64,000 bases of DNA from Vitrella brassicaformis CCMP3155 (lineage: Eukaryota > Protista > Chromerida). The position numbers and the translations under genes are program-made. Positions 46,904 through 60,084 of the stretch are shown here, one piece after another. Under the pieces are notes generated by a model. That model was not told where the DNA came from, made no database searches, and saw only the letters and a program-made list of their open reading frames with translations. The stretch is from positions 68,839 through 132,838 of the forward strand of contig CDMY01000289.1 of the NCBI GenBank assembly GCA_001179505.1. The letters are read 5' to 3'. Every line of letters begins with the position of its first letter. Position 1 is the stretch's first letter.

Positions 46904-49900
46904 CTAGGCTATCGGCAGCACACCTTCTTGGGGACCATGCCAGCTGCATGCAGCGACAACAACCGCACGTCCATGAACCGCTCGGCACCAGATGGCAACA
47001 GCTCCGGCCATGGATGCAACTATCCCAAGGTGGAATAGGACAACCATCCAAATATGTAATGTCGCCTTTTCTCCGCGTCTGTCATGTCGGCCACGCTCTC
47101 CTCTGCATTGAGAGCGAAAAAGATGATGCAGATGATGGCGAGCATTACACGCGCGAACAGTGTGGCCCCTCTGGCGCATTCGTTCACAGCCTACACACAC
47201 GCGGACACACAGACAGAGGGGAAAGGAGAGCGGCACAGGGTCATGATGAGGAATGAACGGCGGATGCACTCACTTACAGGTACTGGCCACACGTCTCGCA
47301 CTTCTGCAGGGACCGCACATATACATCACACACCACCGTGCTCATGAGAACGAGGAGAAAGAGACAGCACATGCACTAGTGGATACCTTGGTGACCTTGG
47401 TAGTGATGTCTTCCTGGTCCTCCTGGTCCTGCTGGTCCTGCGGCACCTCCGGCAGCTCTCGGTCTTCCTCCTCTTCATCGACAGCGGCATTTGAGAGCTG
47501 CTCCAGCTCCTCTCCAGCCGCCTCAGGCTGCATACAACCAGACCAAATGAAGGCATCCGCGTCGTTCATCACTCATGTTGCTGTTTGGTGTATTTTTGCC
47601 TCTTCATTGAGTTGCTCGTCTTCTTCGATGGTTGGCACGGCCGGCCGCCACTGTCTCTGAACACCATCAAGGAGCGACGTATGTGTCTGAGTGACATGAC
47701 ACGCTACAATACATACCTCGGTCCGTCGCTTGCTGGGCGACGACGCCAACGCGTCCTGCATACACACATGCACACACACATGCGTCCCTTGTTCATGGCC
47801 CTGCCTCCCGTCCTTTGCTCCTTCATGGCTTCTTGGATGTGCGCGCTGCAATCGAAGGGATACATAGCGGCACAGACAGACAATGCCGTGTTGATGATGC
47901 ATGTAAGAAGGTTGGCAGCTCTTACTGACTTGCGGGGCCCTTGGCCCGTAGCCTTGGGCATCAGGCGTTGCCAACCTTCTCAATCAGCGGCATCCTCCAC
48001 CTGTCTACAATTTGGCAATACCAAAAATGTAGACAACGATTTCGCCCCCCACTGCCTGCAGACGGACAAGTATCTCAGTACTGTACATGTCTCTGTCTGG
48101 TATGAGGTTGTCCCACAGCACGTTGTTGTAGATGGGTCGGGGGATGAGCAGCGGCAGGGTGTAGAAGAGCATGTAGGCCGTGGCGCATCCGTTGACGCGA
48201 TTGTCCAGCTTGTCGACGTCGAATTTGCTCACCACGGCGGTGAGCCAGCATCTGACCACACACAAAGGTGCCTCACCTTCTGTGCCAGAACCGCACGTCC
48301 ACGCAAACGCTTCTTACCATGTGGCAGTGTGCGTGGGGTGCGGGTGCTGATGGGGAGCGGCCCCAGCGCGCGGACCTGATGTAACGAATGGACAACACAC
48401 ACACACACACACACTCTCTCTCTCCATGGCTTGGCTGTCTATGGACGAGTCCATGTACCTTGGCGAGATACGTGGCCTGGATCTGGTGCATGTTTTTGGT
48501 GTACTTCGCCTGGCTCTCGGCCATCTTGAACGCTATGGCCGACTGCTTGTCTGTGCCGACCCAGACAGCCTCAGCGTGTACCCATGCACCATCCATGTGA
48601 ACGCATACATGCATCTTACCTTCAACATGGTGGCAAACGGCGAGTGGCGTGGGTGCCGGCCACGCACTCAACACCGGCACAGGGGCAATCTACCGAACGG
48701 GAGTGACGTGTGTGCAAGACAACACATGCACTATTGCATACCTTGTTGGTGGGTGTCGTAATCTTGGTCTGTTGGTGCTGCTTGGTGTCGACTTGCAGCG
48801 ATCCCTGCGCGCGCACACACACACACACACATGAAGGAGGACCACGAGAGCTTCAGTGGGTGTGCGGGTCTTCAGTGGGTGACACACCTGACTAGTGAGG
48901 AGAGACGGATCCAACTTCTGGATGTCGATGTCCAATGACCTCGAACGCTGTCAAGACACCAAAACGAGGTTTATTGGCCAGCAGATGCGTGGGCGTCTTC
49001 TCGAGCACTTCATTGACCCACCTGGCTGACGAACAGAGATGATCCCGACCGCTGGTTGTCCATATCAAACGACCTAGAGCGCTGCAATGCAACCAACACA
49101 CACATTCAGTGCAGTGCAGTGCGTGCGGCTTTTGCCTTTCATCTTTCTTTGGTGAACACACCTGAGGGCCGACAGTGGTGGCTTGTGAGAACTGCAATGC
49201 GAAGGCCGCACACAGATACATCCACACACATGCAGACAGAAACATGATCATCCGGAACGTCAGCGTCTCTGTCTGTCGGCCAGTTTGCTTACGCGGCGCG
49301 CCTCGGCCGTGCCGTGAAGTATCTTCTTGGGCTCGCCACCGTCGTCCTCGTACGATGCCTGCTCCTGCATAGACACACACCACGACACACATGGGAGGGC
49401 CTCACGCGTGTGGATGAGAAGAGAGAGAGAGATGCCACACACACTCGTGGGTACCTGGATTGTCGGCTGCTGCTGCTGCTCCTCGGTCTCGGTCAGACGG
49501 ATGGTCACGAACTGCTGGTACTGGCGAGCTGCACAGTGCCAAACAGCAGAGACCGCACACATTCATGTGTGCCTGTGTGTGTGTGTGTGTGTGTATGCGC
49601 GTACCCACGGCCGCCTCTTGGATGGCCGTCGCCATTGCCCTGGCCTTGGTGCAAGCGTCGGCCGCGTTGCCGTAGATGACCGCCAACGTCTTCTTCGGCA
49701 TCTCTCGCCACACTGCACACGTGAATCACACGCACAACACGTCACCTCTCACTCGTGTGTGTGTGTCTGTATGTGTCGGTGTGTAGACATGCGTACGGAT
49801 GTCTCGCTCCATGAGCGCCCTCCTCCCGGCTGCATCCATCCATCGAAAGCAGGACAAACAGACAGACAGGGGCCATCTAATGGTTTGTACGCGACATGTG

Positions 49901-52900
49901 TGCCCGGATGCCTTACTTGCTGTCCATTCGTCTGCTCACTTCCACTCCTACTGCTGCCGAGCTCAACTGTCGGCGTCTCCATTGCACGCCGGCGCGTTCA
50001 GGAGGTGCGTGAGGGTCGAAAGAAGATGCCGATGAATATAAAATGTAGGCAACGATCTTGTGACCCCGACTCCCTGCAGAGTCAGATGCAGACGGACAAC
50101 TATCTCGATACGTACCAAGAACATGTTACTCACATTGGAGAAAGCCCCTCTCGCCTCTCTGAGCCCGTGTGATGAGTTACCAGCCCTCCTGGCTGCGGCG
50201 CCCGTCACTTCTGGCCTACTGGTGCTGTGTGGGGTGCTCCTCACCTGTGTGGTGGTCCCTGGACGCGTCGTCGAGTGTTTTTTCGACGTCTGGGAGAGAG
50301 TGGGATCCGGAGAGGAACGTTGGGAACAATGGTTTGCCCGAATGCACCCGATGGGTGCGAAAAAACAAAAGAAAGGGGCGAAAAACAACAGAAAGGAGCC
50401 AAAAGCCGAAGATGGGTTCGCAGACCTGACCAGGCCAACACACATAACGCACACACAGACGACCGTCAGACGTCAGCAGACGCATGAGTGAATTGAATGT
50501 GCTGATGGATGGGATGAATACCCGCCTCTTCGTCGAACTTGGCCGGCCGCTCCGCCAGCAACGCTGCCGTCACCTGTGAAAGGAACCGACGCACAAACAA
50601 AGGAACACCAACCATGTGCGCAGACCACTGCATGTCATTGTGTCGTCATGCGTCCGGCCTCCAAGCGCTGTCTACGTCTCGCCGCCTTCTCTGCGTGCAG
50701 AAGAACACGAGCAGCAGACACAATGCATCACATGTAGAAGGGTCGTTGTGTGTCTACTTGTACCCTTGTCGAGTTCCATCTCCCTCTTGAAAGTGTCGAC
50801 GATGATGCCCTGCAGCACGGCTACATACCCTGTACACGGAGGGCGAGAGCGGGCAAGGCAGCATTCACGACACACTGAATGGTGAGCACTGTCCTGACTG
50901 ACGCCACTGACCCTTCCAGCTGTGGTCCATGACACAGACACATGCATACGCAAATGTCTGTCTATGCGCCGCAGCAGATTTGGCGGCCTGCACACGCACA
51001 GGCAACGACAGAGGTCATTGCGAGATGGGTGTGGCACCTGTATGCGTGCATGTATGAGTGAGTGCAAGTTACAGGTGGGGATCTTGTAGGTCTCCGGCGG
51101 CGACAGCTGACCAAACGGGAGAGAGAGGCAGGTGAGTGTGCGTCACACATTGTGCAGAGGTCAATGGGGTCTGCTCACTGACCACGGCAGGGTAGGTGAT
51201 CGTGGTCCTAGACATCTGGCGCAGGAACTGACGGGACAAAAGGAAGCACATGCATACATTCGTCGTGTGACAAGTGTGCGTGTGCTTACTGGGGCCTTGC
51301 ACACGTCGGGCATCGTTGTGACCTTGACGAGCCGCGGAGCCAGACACTGAACACAGAACAGCGAGAGGGCGTGTGTGTATGCACCACTCACCCACCCACC
51401 CAATCAATTGTGTTAACTAACGCTTAGTCCGCTCACCACTGGCGGATACACGACGTAGCCAACTGTCCTTCTAAACACCCTCTGACACACAACAAGAAGG
51501 AAATGCATGCACACATGCATCCTGCGTGTGTGTGTGTGTGTGACCACTGACAGCCCGCTCACCACGTGGGCCGTGGGCTCGTGCAGCTGCGTCACCTTCT
51601 GGGCCACCTCATGCGTCACCTGGCGGCAGCACAGGACACATGTATCCATGAACAGGAAACACGCATCCTCACGGGTATGTACCTGGGTGCTACTTGTGTC
51701 GTGGACCACTGCCGACTTGACCAGTGCCGACTGGATGATGGCCTCGACGGCAGCCTTGGCGGTCTCAATGGCAGAAGCTGCACACAGACAGATCCAAGCA
51801 CGAACAAAGAGGGCATCGATGCACTCGTATGCACACTGTGGTCATGCCTGCATACCCTTCGCAGTGATGCTTCAACCGCCGCCGCGACAACGGTCTTGGC
51901 CGTCTCGATGGCCGCTGCACGCAGGAAAAGACAACAGATCAACCCATTACATGTTGGATGAATGGATGCACTGTATATATGTGTATGCAATGCGCGACTC
52001 AGGCATACCAGCACGATAGACCGCCTCCAGTGCCTTCAGGATCGCTAAGTCGACCAGCGCCTTGGCCTCTGCCAAGAATGCATCAACAGCAGGGAGGGAG
52101 GAACCACACGTATGTATGTATCGATGCAGCACCCTTTGCGGCTTCCTGCGTCTCAATGCACACGTACGTACCATGCTGGCGCTCTGTCTCCAGCTGGTGT
52201 TGGTCCTCAGTGTCGACATGGCGGAACGACACCTGCTGCCGACACATTGACTTACACAGGGAGCGAGAAGCATGGATGTGTGCATGGGATGTGACGCCAC
52301 GAGCACCACCGCCACAAGTGCATCGCATACCTTTCCGACGACGTCCTGCTGGTGGTGGTGGTGGTGGTGGGTGGGGTCGAGTGACGCTGCAGACGACGCA
52401 CACCAGCACACAGACAGAAATGAGGTTGGTTGCCGCCAAGAGACGAGTGTGGGCCGTCGACGCACCTGGCTAGAGAAGGAGGTCTGGTGGTGGTTGAACG
52501 ACTCGGCAGACCCCTGCAACGCAACGCACAGAGAGCAAGTCAGTCAAGGCACGTCAGCCAGCCGATTGCCTCTCTTTGTCCCTCGTCGATGCTCGCGTAC
52601 CTGCGGGGCTATCGTGCTGGCCTTGGACCCCTGAACACGCAGGAATACACAGACCAGACACACGCATACACAACACAAGGCAACAAGTGCCACGGGTGTG
52701 TGTGTTGGCTGCCTGCTCTCTTCTCTTGTTCTTACGCGTCTGCCGTCTGCGGGCTTCCTGTTGTCCTTGTTGGTGTCCGTCGAAGTGTTGTCCCTCTCAA
52801 CCGCTGCTGCACACAAGGCCACAGCAGATATGTAGTGAGTCAGACAATCTCAAGTAAGGTGTGTGTGTGTGCTTCCAAAGGCGTGGATACCCGCGTCACT

Positions 52901-53674
52901 CTCGCTGGCGTCTGCGATGGCCGCTGCTATGGAAGCTGCACACATTCCGACAGCAGGCAGAGACGACACATCGGGTGAATGTCTGTATGTCTGTAAGTCT
53001 ATGTGTGTGTTCATCAGATCTTCCTTGCACACCGGTGTGGATGCCTTGCAACCACAGGACGAAGCCGAGGAACCATCGCACGGGGCCGCCGCTCGTCGCC
53101 TTCCTGAACTCGTCGAGCACCGTAGCCGCTGCATACATACAATCCAACAGCAGACAGTGACAACCAGACACACGGCCTCATCGATCCACCACCCCCCTTG
53201 TATTCATGTGATCATGCACCAAGTGTACGTACCCTCTGTCGCCGTCAGGACGTCCTGCACAAATCACACACGCAGAGACACCAGACAACACGCAATGGAC
53301 AGCCACTGGCAGATCCATCCCTTGAAATGGACCCCTCGCCGCCCTCTCTGCCCAGCCTGCCATTCTGCCTTCTCTCTGCCCCTCAACACGCCTCTCACGC
53401 CCGTGTGACCACCTGCATTCTTGGCTGCCTGGTGTGCGACTGCGAGATGGATTACGCATGGCAGCCTTACCATCCCAGCACTGAGCTGCCTCTCCTGACC
53501 TACACTCACTGTCTGTGCCGTACCTCATCGTGCGTGGGTGCGCGTGGGAGAGGGACGGGGAACCCACGAACAGTCTCTGCTATCGAGCTTGGGCTGCATC
53601 TGAAGTCAACAACCAACACAAAAACAGACAAGTGCAGTGCCACGCAAAGGTAACGTCGCTTTCTCAATCGCCAT
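46904..53674 (-). CDS. Very fragmented multi-exon hypothetical protein (more than 25 short exons) with Ala-rich helical repeats and C-terminal hydrophobic segments; may be more than one gene
   Basis: Many 20-120-nt exons with GT-AG borders, e.g. AAIETAKTVVAAAVEASLRR, ASAIETAKAAVEAIIQSALVK, AKALVDLAILKALEAV, CATAYMLFYTLPLLIPRPIYNNVLW, VMLAIICIIFFAL and LFHLGIVASMAGAVAIWC. Putative start MAIEKAT at 53674. Confidence 0.5.
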
Positions 53675-53842
53675 CTTCGTGGCGCTTAGTAGGGATGAAT
53701 GTCTGGTGAGGGCGAGGGCGAAAATCCCGGGCGTGGGCGTCAATTGGTCTGAAAAGCAACGCGAATCGTGACCAAACGGAAAACCCACCCCCACATCGGA
53801 GGCCCCAGTAAACGTAACTTACCGGGAGGAGAAGGGGGAAGG

Positions 53843-54920
53843 AAAGGAGGCGCGAAGGGAAGAAGGCAATGAAGCTGGAATGGAAGCGGTTTGGAGCGGA
53901 CTGGTGTGGTCAAAACGGTTTGTCGCCCGTCTCCGTCGATTATTAATTTCTCACCTCTGGATTGCCTTTGCCCCCCCATTTCCCGTTGATTCAGCGATGC
54001 AGGCGGGTCGGCGGTAGACGATGAGTAGTCTGCAGGACGCCAGAGACAGAACTTCAAAACGTTTCTGTCTGACACCGAAGCCAGGGCAGCACCCTCTCTC
54101 TCTCTCTCTGTCTCTCTCTCTCTGTCTCTCTCAGATAAGACCTGCAGCATTCGGAGGGTTGACGGCTTTAGTAGAGCAACAGCACAGCAAAGGGTCTAAC
54201 AGTCTGGCATCGCCGGCCTGTTTGAAGAAAAATACGAAGAAGACAAAAAAGACAAAAGGTCGTTCTGTTTTCGTCTCCAGGCTCCAAAAAGCGGCGGGAG
54301 GAGGCGGCGGGCAGCCTACCAAGGCAAAGCACTTGCCTGCATGTCTCCTACGATCCACGAGTCGGCGTCGATGGCCAGAGACGGGATGTCTTGATTGAAA
54401 TCTGACGAGAAAAGACAACATTGAATCTTCCAAGTCGGATACCATGGAAGACACCATTTGGAGGGGCGTGCAGGTGGCTTGCACCCTATACAGCGCATAC
54501 ACATGTCAGCAAACTCGCACTCATCAACTCGCGCACTCATCCACTCACCTGTCACTGAGAGGTGGTTGGCCGACTGACCAACGAAAGAGCGCCTCTTGCA
54601 CGAGCGTGCCGACACCAGCGGGGCATTGCCACCCGTCACTGGTAAGCCGAAGGAGGAGGACGGCTGCCGACGAGGGCGCAAAGGGACTGGATTGTCGGGG
54701 AGATAGACGGCGGGTAGGGAGGGCCATGGGAGGCCGACGCGGGGCGAATGCGGTGGTGCAACGAGGAAGCCGACACAAAGCCAACACAAACGAAAGGAGC
54801 GGTGAACGGGAGAAGGCAACGAGGCTGGAATGGAAGCGAATTGGAGCTGTAGCATAAAAAAATTTGTCGGGCGTCTCCCCGTCGAGATTTACATTCTCGC
54901 CATTTTTCTCTTCCCCCCCC
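53843..54920 (+). repeat. Two diverged direct copies of an about 120-bp segment (53843-53960 and 54792-54920)
   Basis: Shared GAAAGGAG..GAA.GGGAGAAGGCAA.GA.GCTGGAATGGAAGCG..TTGGAGC...TTTGTCG..CGTCTCC. Confidence 0.6.
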
Positions 54921-55479
54921 AATTTCGGCACTGATGAGGCCATCCAAAGCTTTGTGCCCCATCGGGGCAAGACATGGCCCGAAATAGGAGCGTACTGCAA
55001 GTGGGAGGCGTGGCTGCCCTCTTGTCTGCGCCATTTATGTCAGTCGACCACCAACAAGAGCAAGAGTCAATGTATTGCACCCTTCCCTGCAGCAAGTGCA
55101 CCTGCGTTTGTGTCTTGACACGTATTGCACATGTCTGCCCTGCCAGGTGGGTGTTTCTCTCTCAAATACAAGTCAGTCCACAAAATACAGCTCACTCCAT
55201 GCCAGACCACACAAATCATCCATCCATCCATCCATGTAAGAAGGTCAGTACACGATGACAAACAGCAGGCACCCAGAAGCACTTAAGACTTGCTTTCCCT
55301 CCAGCCTGCTTTCCCTAGCTGCTGCTCTCGCCGCCGTCCTCTCATCGGTGATCGGCCAGCGGCAATCACATGACAAAGGAATACAGACGGGATGAATTTT
55401 GACATGACAATCGGTGTGATGTCATGTTATGTGTGTGACAAAGGCAGTGAGTGAGTGATGCCATCCGTCCACTCCACTT

Positions 55480-56460
55480 ACAGTACAGTCAGTGACAGCA
55501 CAGCCGTCCCCCCGTGTGTTTCCGTTCAGCAGCAGCACTTTCGGCTCCGACCTGTATACACACACACATGATTGAACACACGTGTTCATCAGATACATAC
55601 ATACTGCGAGCGCCGAGCGGGCCCATGTGTGGCTACTTACGTGGCGGATAGCGACGCCCCCACCAGCAGCAACGGTCGCAGCAATTGTCGCCGGGCGGGC
55701 CTCCCCCGCCACCACCACCGTCTCGGTCACACCAGCAGACGCACAGCAACCGCACACAGCAACACTCATCCGTAGCGACATCCGGTTCCGCCACAGCAAC
55801 TGCGTGTAGCTGACACACACACACGCGCGCACGCACACACACACACAGGTACGTGTTGTGTTGGATTCATGTATCTTTTTCCAGCCAGACAAACAAGTAC
55901 CATGGGCATTGGTTGGCGAGAACTCTCCTGCTGAGGCGCCGCGCGCGGAACATGGTAGTAAATCGGGGCCGCAACCTGACGTCACACAGGAGTGTGTGAG
56001 GTCACTCATGATGCCATCTTGGCCGTCTTGTGTCTACCTGCTGATAAGCCGGTGGCCAGTAAGTGGTTCTGTAGGTGGGGCGTGTGGCGGTGAAGGGCTG
56101 CGAAGACACCTGTACCTGCACACACGACCAGCACCGAGACGAGAGATCTCTCCTCACCATTCACACGCAGTTTCTTGTCCATTGACCTGCTGCTCTGGCC
56201 CTCGTGTCAGTCCCTCAGTCACCTCCTGACCATACAGTGCCATACAACAGACATTCTGTAGGGAAAGCACAAAACCGCTCTGTACCACTTCGAGCATCTG
56301 TGTCCGAATGTTGGTGCCATGGTGAACATCCGCCTGTGTCGCATATGCCAACGGCGGTGTGCGGGGGATCGGTGGCGTGAGACGTTCTTGAGGCAACGTT
56401 GACACTGGCAGACAGACGCAGACGCAGAAGCAGAAAACAACATGAGTGCGCTCAACATTC
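55480..56460 (-). CDS. Possible multi-exon hypothetical gene
   Basis: Several short segments bounded by GT-AG (TG)n introns; frame ambiguous; no domain recognised. Confidence 0.25.
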
Positions 56461-57220
56461 ACGTGTTTGCTATGTGTCCTCACGTTGCGGCGATGGCACG
56501 TAGCTTTCCACCACCGATGGTTGCTCGCGGACAGCCAACATACCTACACACGCACACCACGGGGCCAATGAGTCCAACAAGAGGGTCTGCCTCCTTCTGT
56601 CGTTCTCTCTTCCTCGCTGCTGTGGCCTCTCCTGACGTGCAAATGGGAGTCAATGACTATGGGAACAGGCAAGGGGACCAGAACGACGCGCCACAGAAGG
56701 CGAAATTGGGACGGCTGGAAATTGGAGATGCGGAGATCGTGCGAGCTTGAAAGAGGCGAGCTGACAGAGATCGCCCTGGCAAAGGAACGCGACGGGAGCA
56801 GCTTGCGAACTAAATATCGGGCCGGGGCAACTGGTGAGCGTGTGATTCTCTTTCAGATGAATGAATCATTGATTCTCTTTCAGACCCCGCAAGCGTGTGT
56901 GATGGACGCCCACAACTGGAAGCCCACAGCGGTAAGCAAGGACGGGTTGCCTCCGGATCCAAATCGTTGATTGTTGATTGTCCGGCTCGGAGGCCGTCAG
57001 GAGTCCGGCAGCAGTTGACAGGGAGGGTTAGGGAGAGAAGAAGGAACTGTCCAAGCCCTCAACAGTGGTAGGACACCAGCTCAGTGATTCGTCATTCGGG
57101 TGGACCATCGTCATGTTTGTACTTGGCATACCGGTTGTGCCAGCAGCAGCAAGAACACGCCACCACACAGGCACCCACCCAGGTATTGAATGAATGAATG
57201 CCTAGCACCAAGATCTTTCG

Positions 57221-57569
57221 ATGGGTTGCGTCATGATGCAGATCCGACGCTGGGAGCCGGCAGAAGCTCTAGCTGAGGAGAAGGAGCAGAAGCAAGAGCC
57301 GCCCCAGCCAACGGTAGGACACCAGCCCAGGAACATGCCACCCCAGCAGGAGTTGCCTGCCCCGCCCACCGCCCAGCAGCAGCAGAGCTACGCCTCCACA
57401 TCAAGCGCAACCAAGGGGACGGGCGAGCAATATACTTTTGCTCCTTGTGTGGGTTGTAATGCGATGCGTGTATGCACGCGTCGGATGGTGCAGCAAGTGA
57501 CGACGACGACGGCCTTCTGCTGCCCGAGCCCACGGTAGGTCGTTGGGTCAGGAATGTGTCACGTACAAT

Positions 57570-57600
<31 letters not shown>

Positions 57601-58158
57601 CANNNNNNNNNNNNNNNNNNNNNNNNNNNNNNNNNNNNNNNNNNNNNNNNNNNNNNNNNNNNNNNNNNNNNNNNNNNNNNNNNNNNNNNNNNNNNNNNNN
57701 NNNNNNNNNNNNNNNNNNNNNNNNNNNNNNNNNNNNNNNNNNNNNNNNNNNNNNNNNNNNNNNNNNNNNNNNNNNNNNNNNNNNNNNNNNNNNNNNNNNN
57801 NNNNNNNNNNNNNNNNNNNNNNNNNNNNNNNNNNNNNNNNNNNNNNNNNNNNNNNNNNNNNNNNNNNNNNNNNNNNNNNNNNNNNNNNNNNNNNNNNNNN
57901 NNCCCCCCCCCCCCCACACACGGATGGATGGATCCTTGTGTGTGTGTGTTTCCGTTTGCCCCCTTTTCTGGCGTGCATGTGCAGGCAGAGTGTGTCGAGA
58001 GGCGGCCGTCGGTCTTTCGGTGTCTATGCGTCGGCCCCTCTCCTCCCTCCCTCCCTCCCTCTTTATTCTCTCATCCACGCACCGAGGTCCGCGAGCGCCT
58101 GTCCCCCGACATCGCCTTCTCGCCTTGCTGGCCGCTCCTCACTGCCTGCCATGCTTGA
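57221..58158 (+). CDS. Possible Pro/Gln-rich gene interrupted by the assembly gap
   Basis: Coding-like MQIRRWEPAEALAEEKEQKQEPPQP...QQQQSY before the gap and short spliceable segments after it. Confidence 0.3.
57603..57902. other. Assembly gap (300 N) flanked by poly-C
   Basis: N run 57603-57902; C homopolymers at 57572-57601 and after 57902. Confidence 0.99.
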
Positions 58159-58717
58159 AGCGGGGGCCGCAACCGGCAACTATGGCGCTCAGACTGGGTG
58201 GCATGCAAGGCGTACGCATGGCACGGATGTCTGACGCAGCGATGATACGCGGCGATGATCCAAGGGAGGCTAGCTGCGCCACAAGGATGGCCGGGACAAG
58301 ACACGGCAGTGAGTGAGCATATCGGCTGATATGGCGAATGTCTGGCGGGCTGGCTGCGCGTATGTATGATGTGTGTCGGTCGTCCTCCGGACGGACTTGT
58401 GTGATCGATCGGCATGAATGGTCAACATGAGGCTCCCTCTGCGCGTGTGCGGGTCCATGCATGGTGTGGGGATGCGGTTATTAGGCTCGGCGTACATTTG
58501 TCAAAGTCGTCCAAAGGACGAATTCCTCTGCGTCGGTTTGCCTGCCTGCCTGACTGGTCAATCAAAATGTTTGGACACGACTAATGTGAATCTGTGTGTG
58601 CCGTTCGATTTGGCTGAGTGCCCGTGCGGAACATTCAGCCAATGAAGAAGTCACCACACACTCATACACACCCAGAGAGCCCGAAACCGTCGATGAATAT
58701 CACACCCACATCCCAGA

Positions 58718-59723
58718 CTAAGGCACCCACCGCCCCTTAGCGATCGTGTCCCACCCCTGTCTGTAGTCATACGTCTGCTTGTGCGCTTCGGCAATGCACT
58801 CGACCACCAGCCCGCCGATCTTGCGGGGCAGCCTCTCGAAAAGGAGGGACTCCCAGGCCTCCCTCTTCTCCCTCACCACCTCCTTCGCCAGCGAATGTAT
58901 CATCTTCTGCTTCGGGAAGCCCTGGCTGTCCAGCAGGTCTGGCTTGAGGTCCAGCACGAACACGGCCACGGCAATGGTCCAATCCCCGATGCGCGAGTAC
59001 AGCGCCTCGAGGATGGCCGCCACGTGCGCCTCCATCTGGAAGTAGTGACACATGGCCAGCAGGTACAGCAGGCCGCTGTAGGACTGGCTGCCGTCCACCT
59101 TGTGCTTCTTCTGCGGGGGACCCTCGGATGCGGCCGCGTCCGCGGCCGCGGCCGCTTCCTGCGCGGCATCCCCTGCCTGTGTGTCGTCGGTGGGCACGTG
59201 GAGGGCACCAGGCAGGTCCTGACACCACCACACGCATCACACAGGGGTGGTGCCCGTGTGATACATACATACCTTCATGGCAGCTATTTGCGTCTTGAGC
59301 ACCTGACGTGAATGATCGAATGGAGGAAGCAAACGACGCACGTGTGCATCAGCGAGAATAGAAGACAGCAGCTGGCACCTGCCGCTTCCCACCTCTGGAT
59401 TGCCCACTTCTCCCATTTCGAGCAACAAGCCCATGTGTTTGAAGGTCTCAGGATGGATGTCGGGCACCTCGACGGACTGTGTGGAGCTCTCGGCAAACCC
59501 CTCACCGTCCAGCGCGACAGCAAAGTAAGGCGAACGCTTGACCAGAAGATCCTGACGCGTACACAAACCAACCAACCAACCGAAAGGCGCACATGGAGGC
59601 CCACTCCGCCCCTTTCCGTCCATCCATCCATCTTTCCTCCCTCCTCACCTTTTTCTCATGGAAGGTCTTCTGTGCATCGCCCGACCCGACGACTATCTTC
59701 ACCAGCGAGGCCTCAGCCATCAT
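58718..59723 (-). CDS. BTB/POZ-domain protein (possible cullin-3 adaptor); about 4 exons
   Basis: MMAEASLVKIVVGSGDAQKTFHEK/DLLVKRSPYFAVALDGEGFAESSTQSVEVPDIHPETFKHM, then LLYLLAMCHYFQMEAHVAAILEAL (BTB C-terminal helix pattern). Confidence 0.85.
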
Positions 59724-60084
59724 GCGCAACGCTCACCAAGAGGCGCTCTCCACCGCTATTTCTCAATCGAACTCGCTATTTTCTCATCTGCCACGGTCCT
59801 GCAGCGCTACAGAAGGGCCCTCATGGGCTGGAAAGGGCTCTTCCGCACCGGGCGATCCACATTTGCGAGCTTGAATCACGAGAAGCGAGAAATGCGCTTT
59901 CCGGCATTCAATCCCAGTCACAGCAGCTGACAAGATCCAGCCAAAACAGTTCGTTTCAGTCGACTTCAAAGTTGCTCGGGGAGGTGAGATGAATGCGCAC
60001 AGATCAGCTGGAGATATTCGAGCAGATAATATTGAATGAGTTGGAGCTTGATTTGCCTCTTTCAGGCCCCAGACAATCGACGCG

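Noticed and set aside
57231-58316. Long poly-G/poly-P ORFs with X runs
   Set aside because: Artefact of the 300-N gap and flanking C homopolymers.
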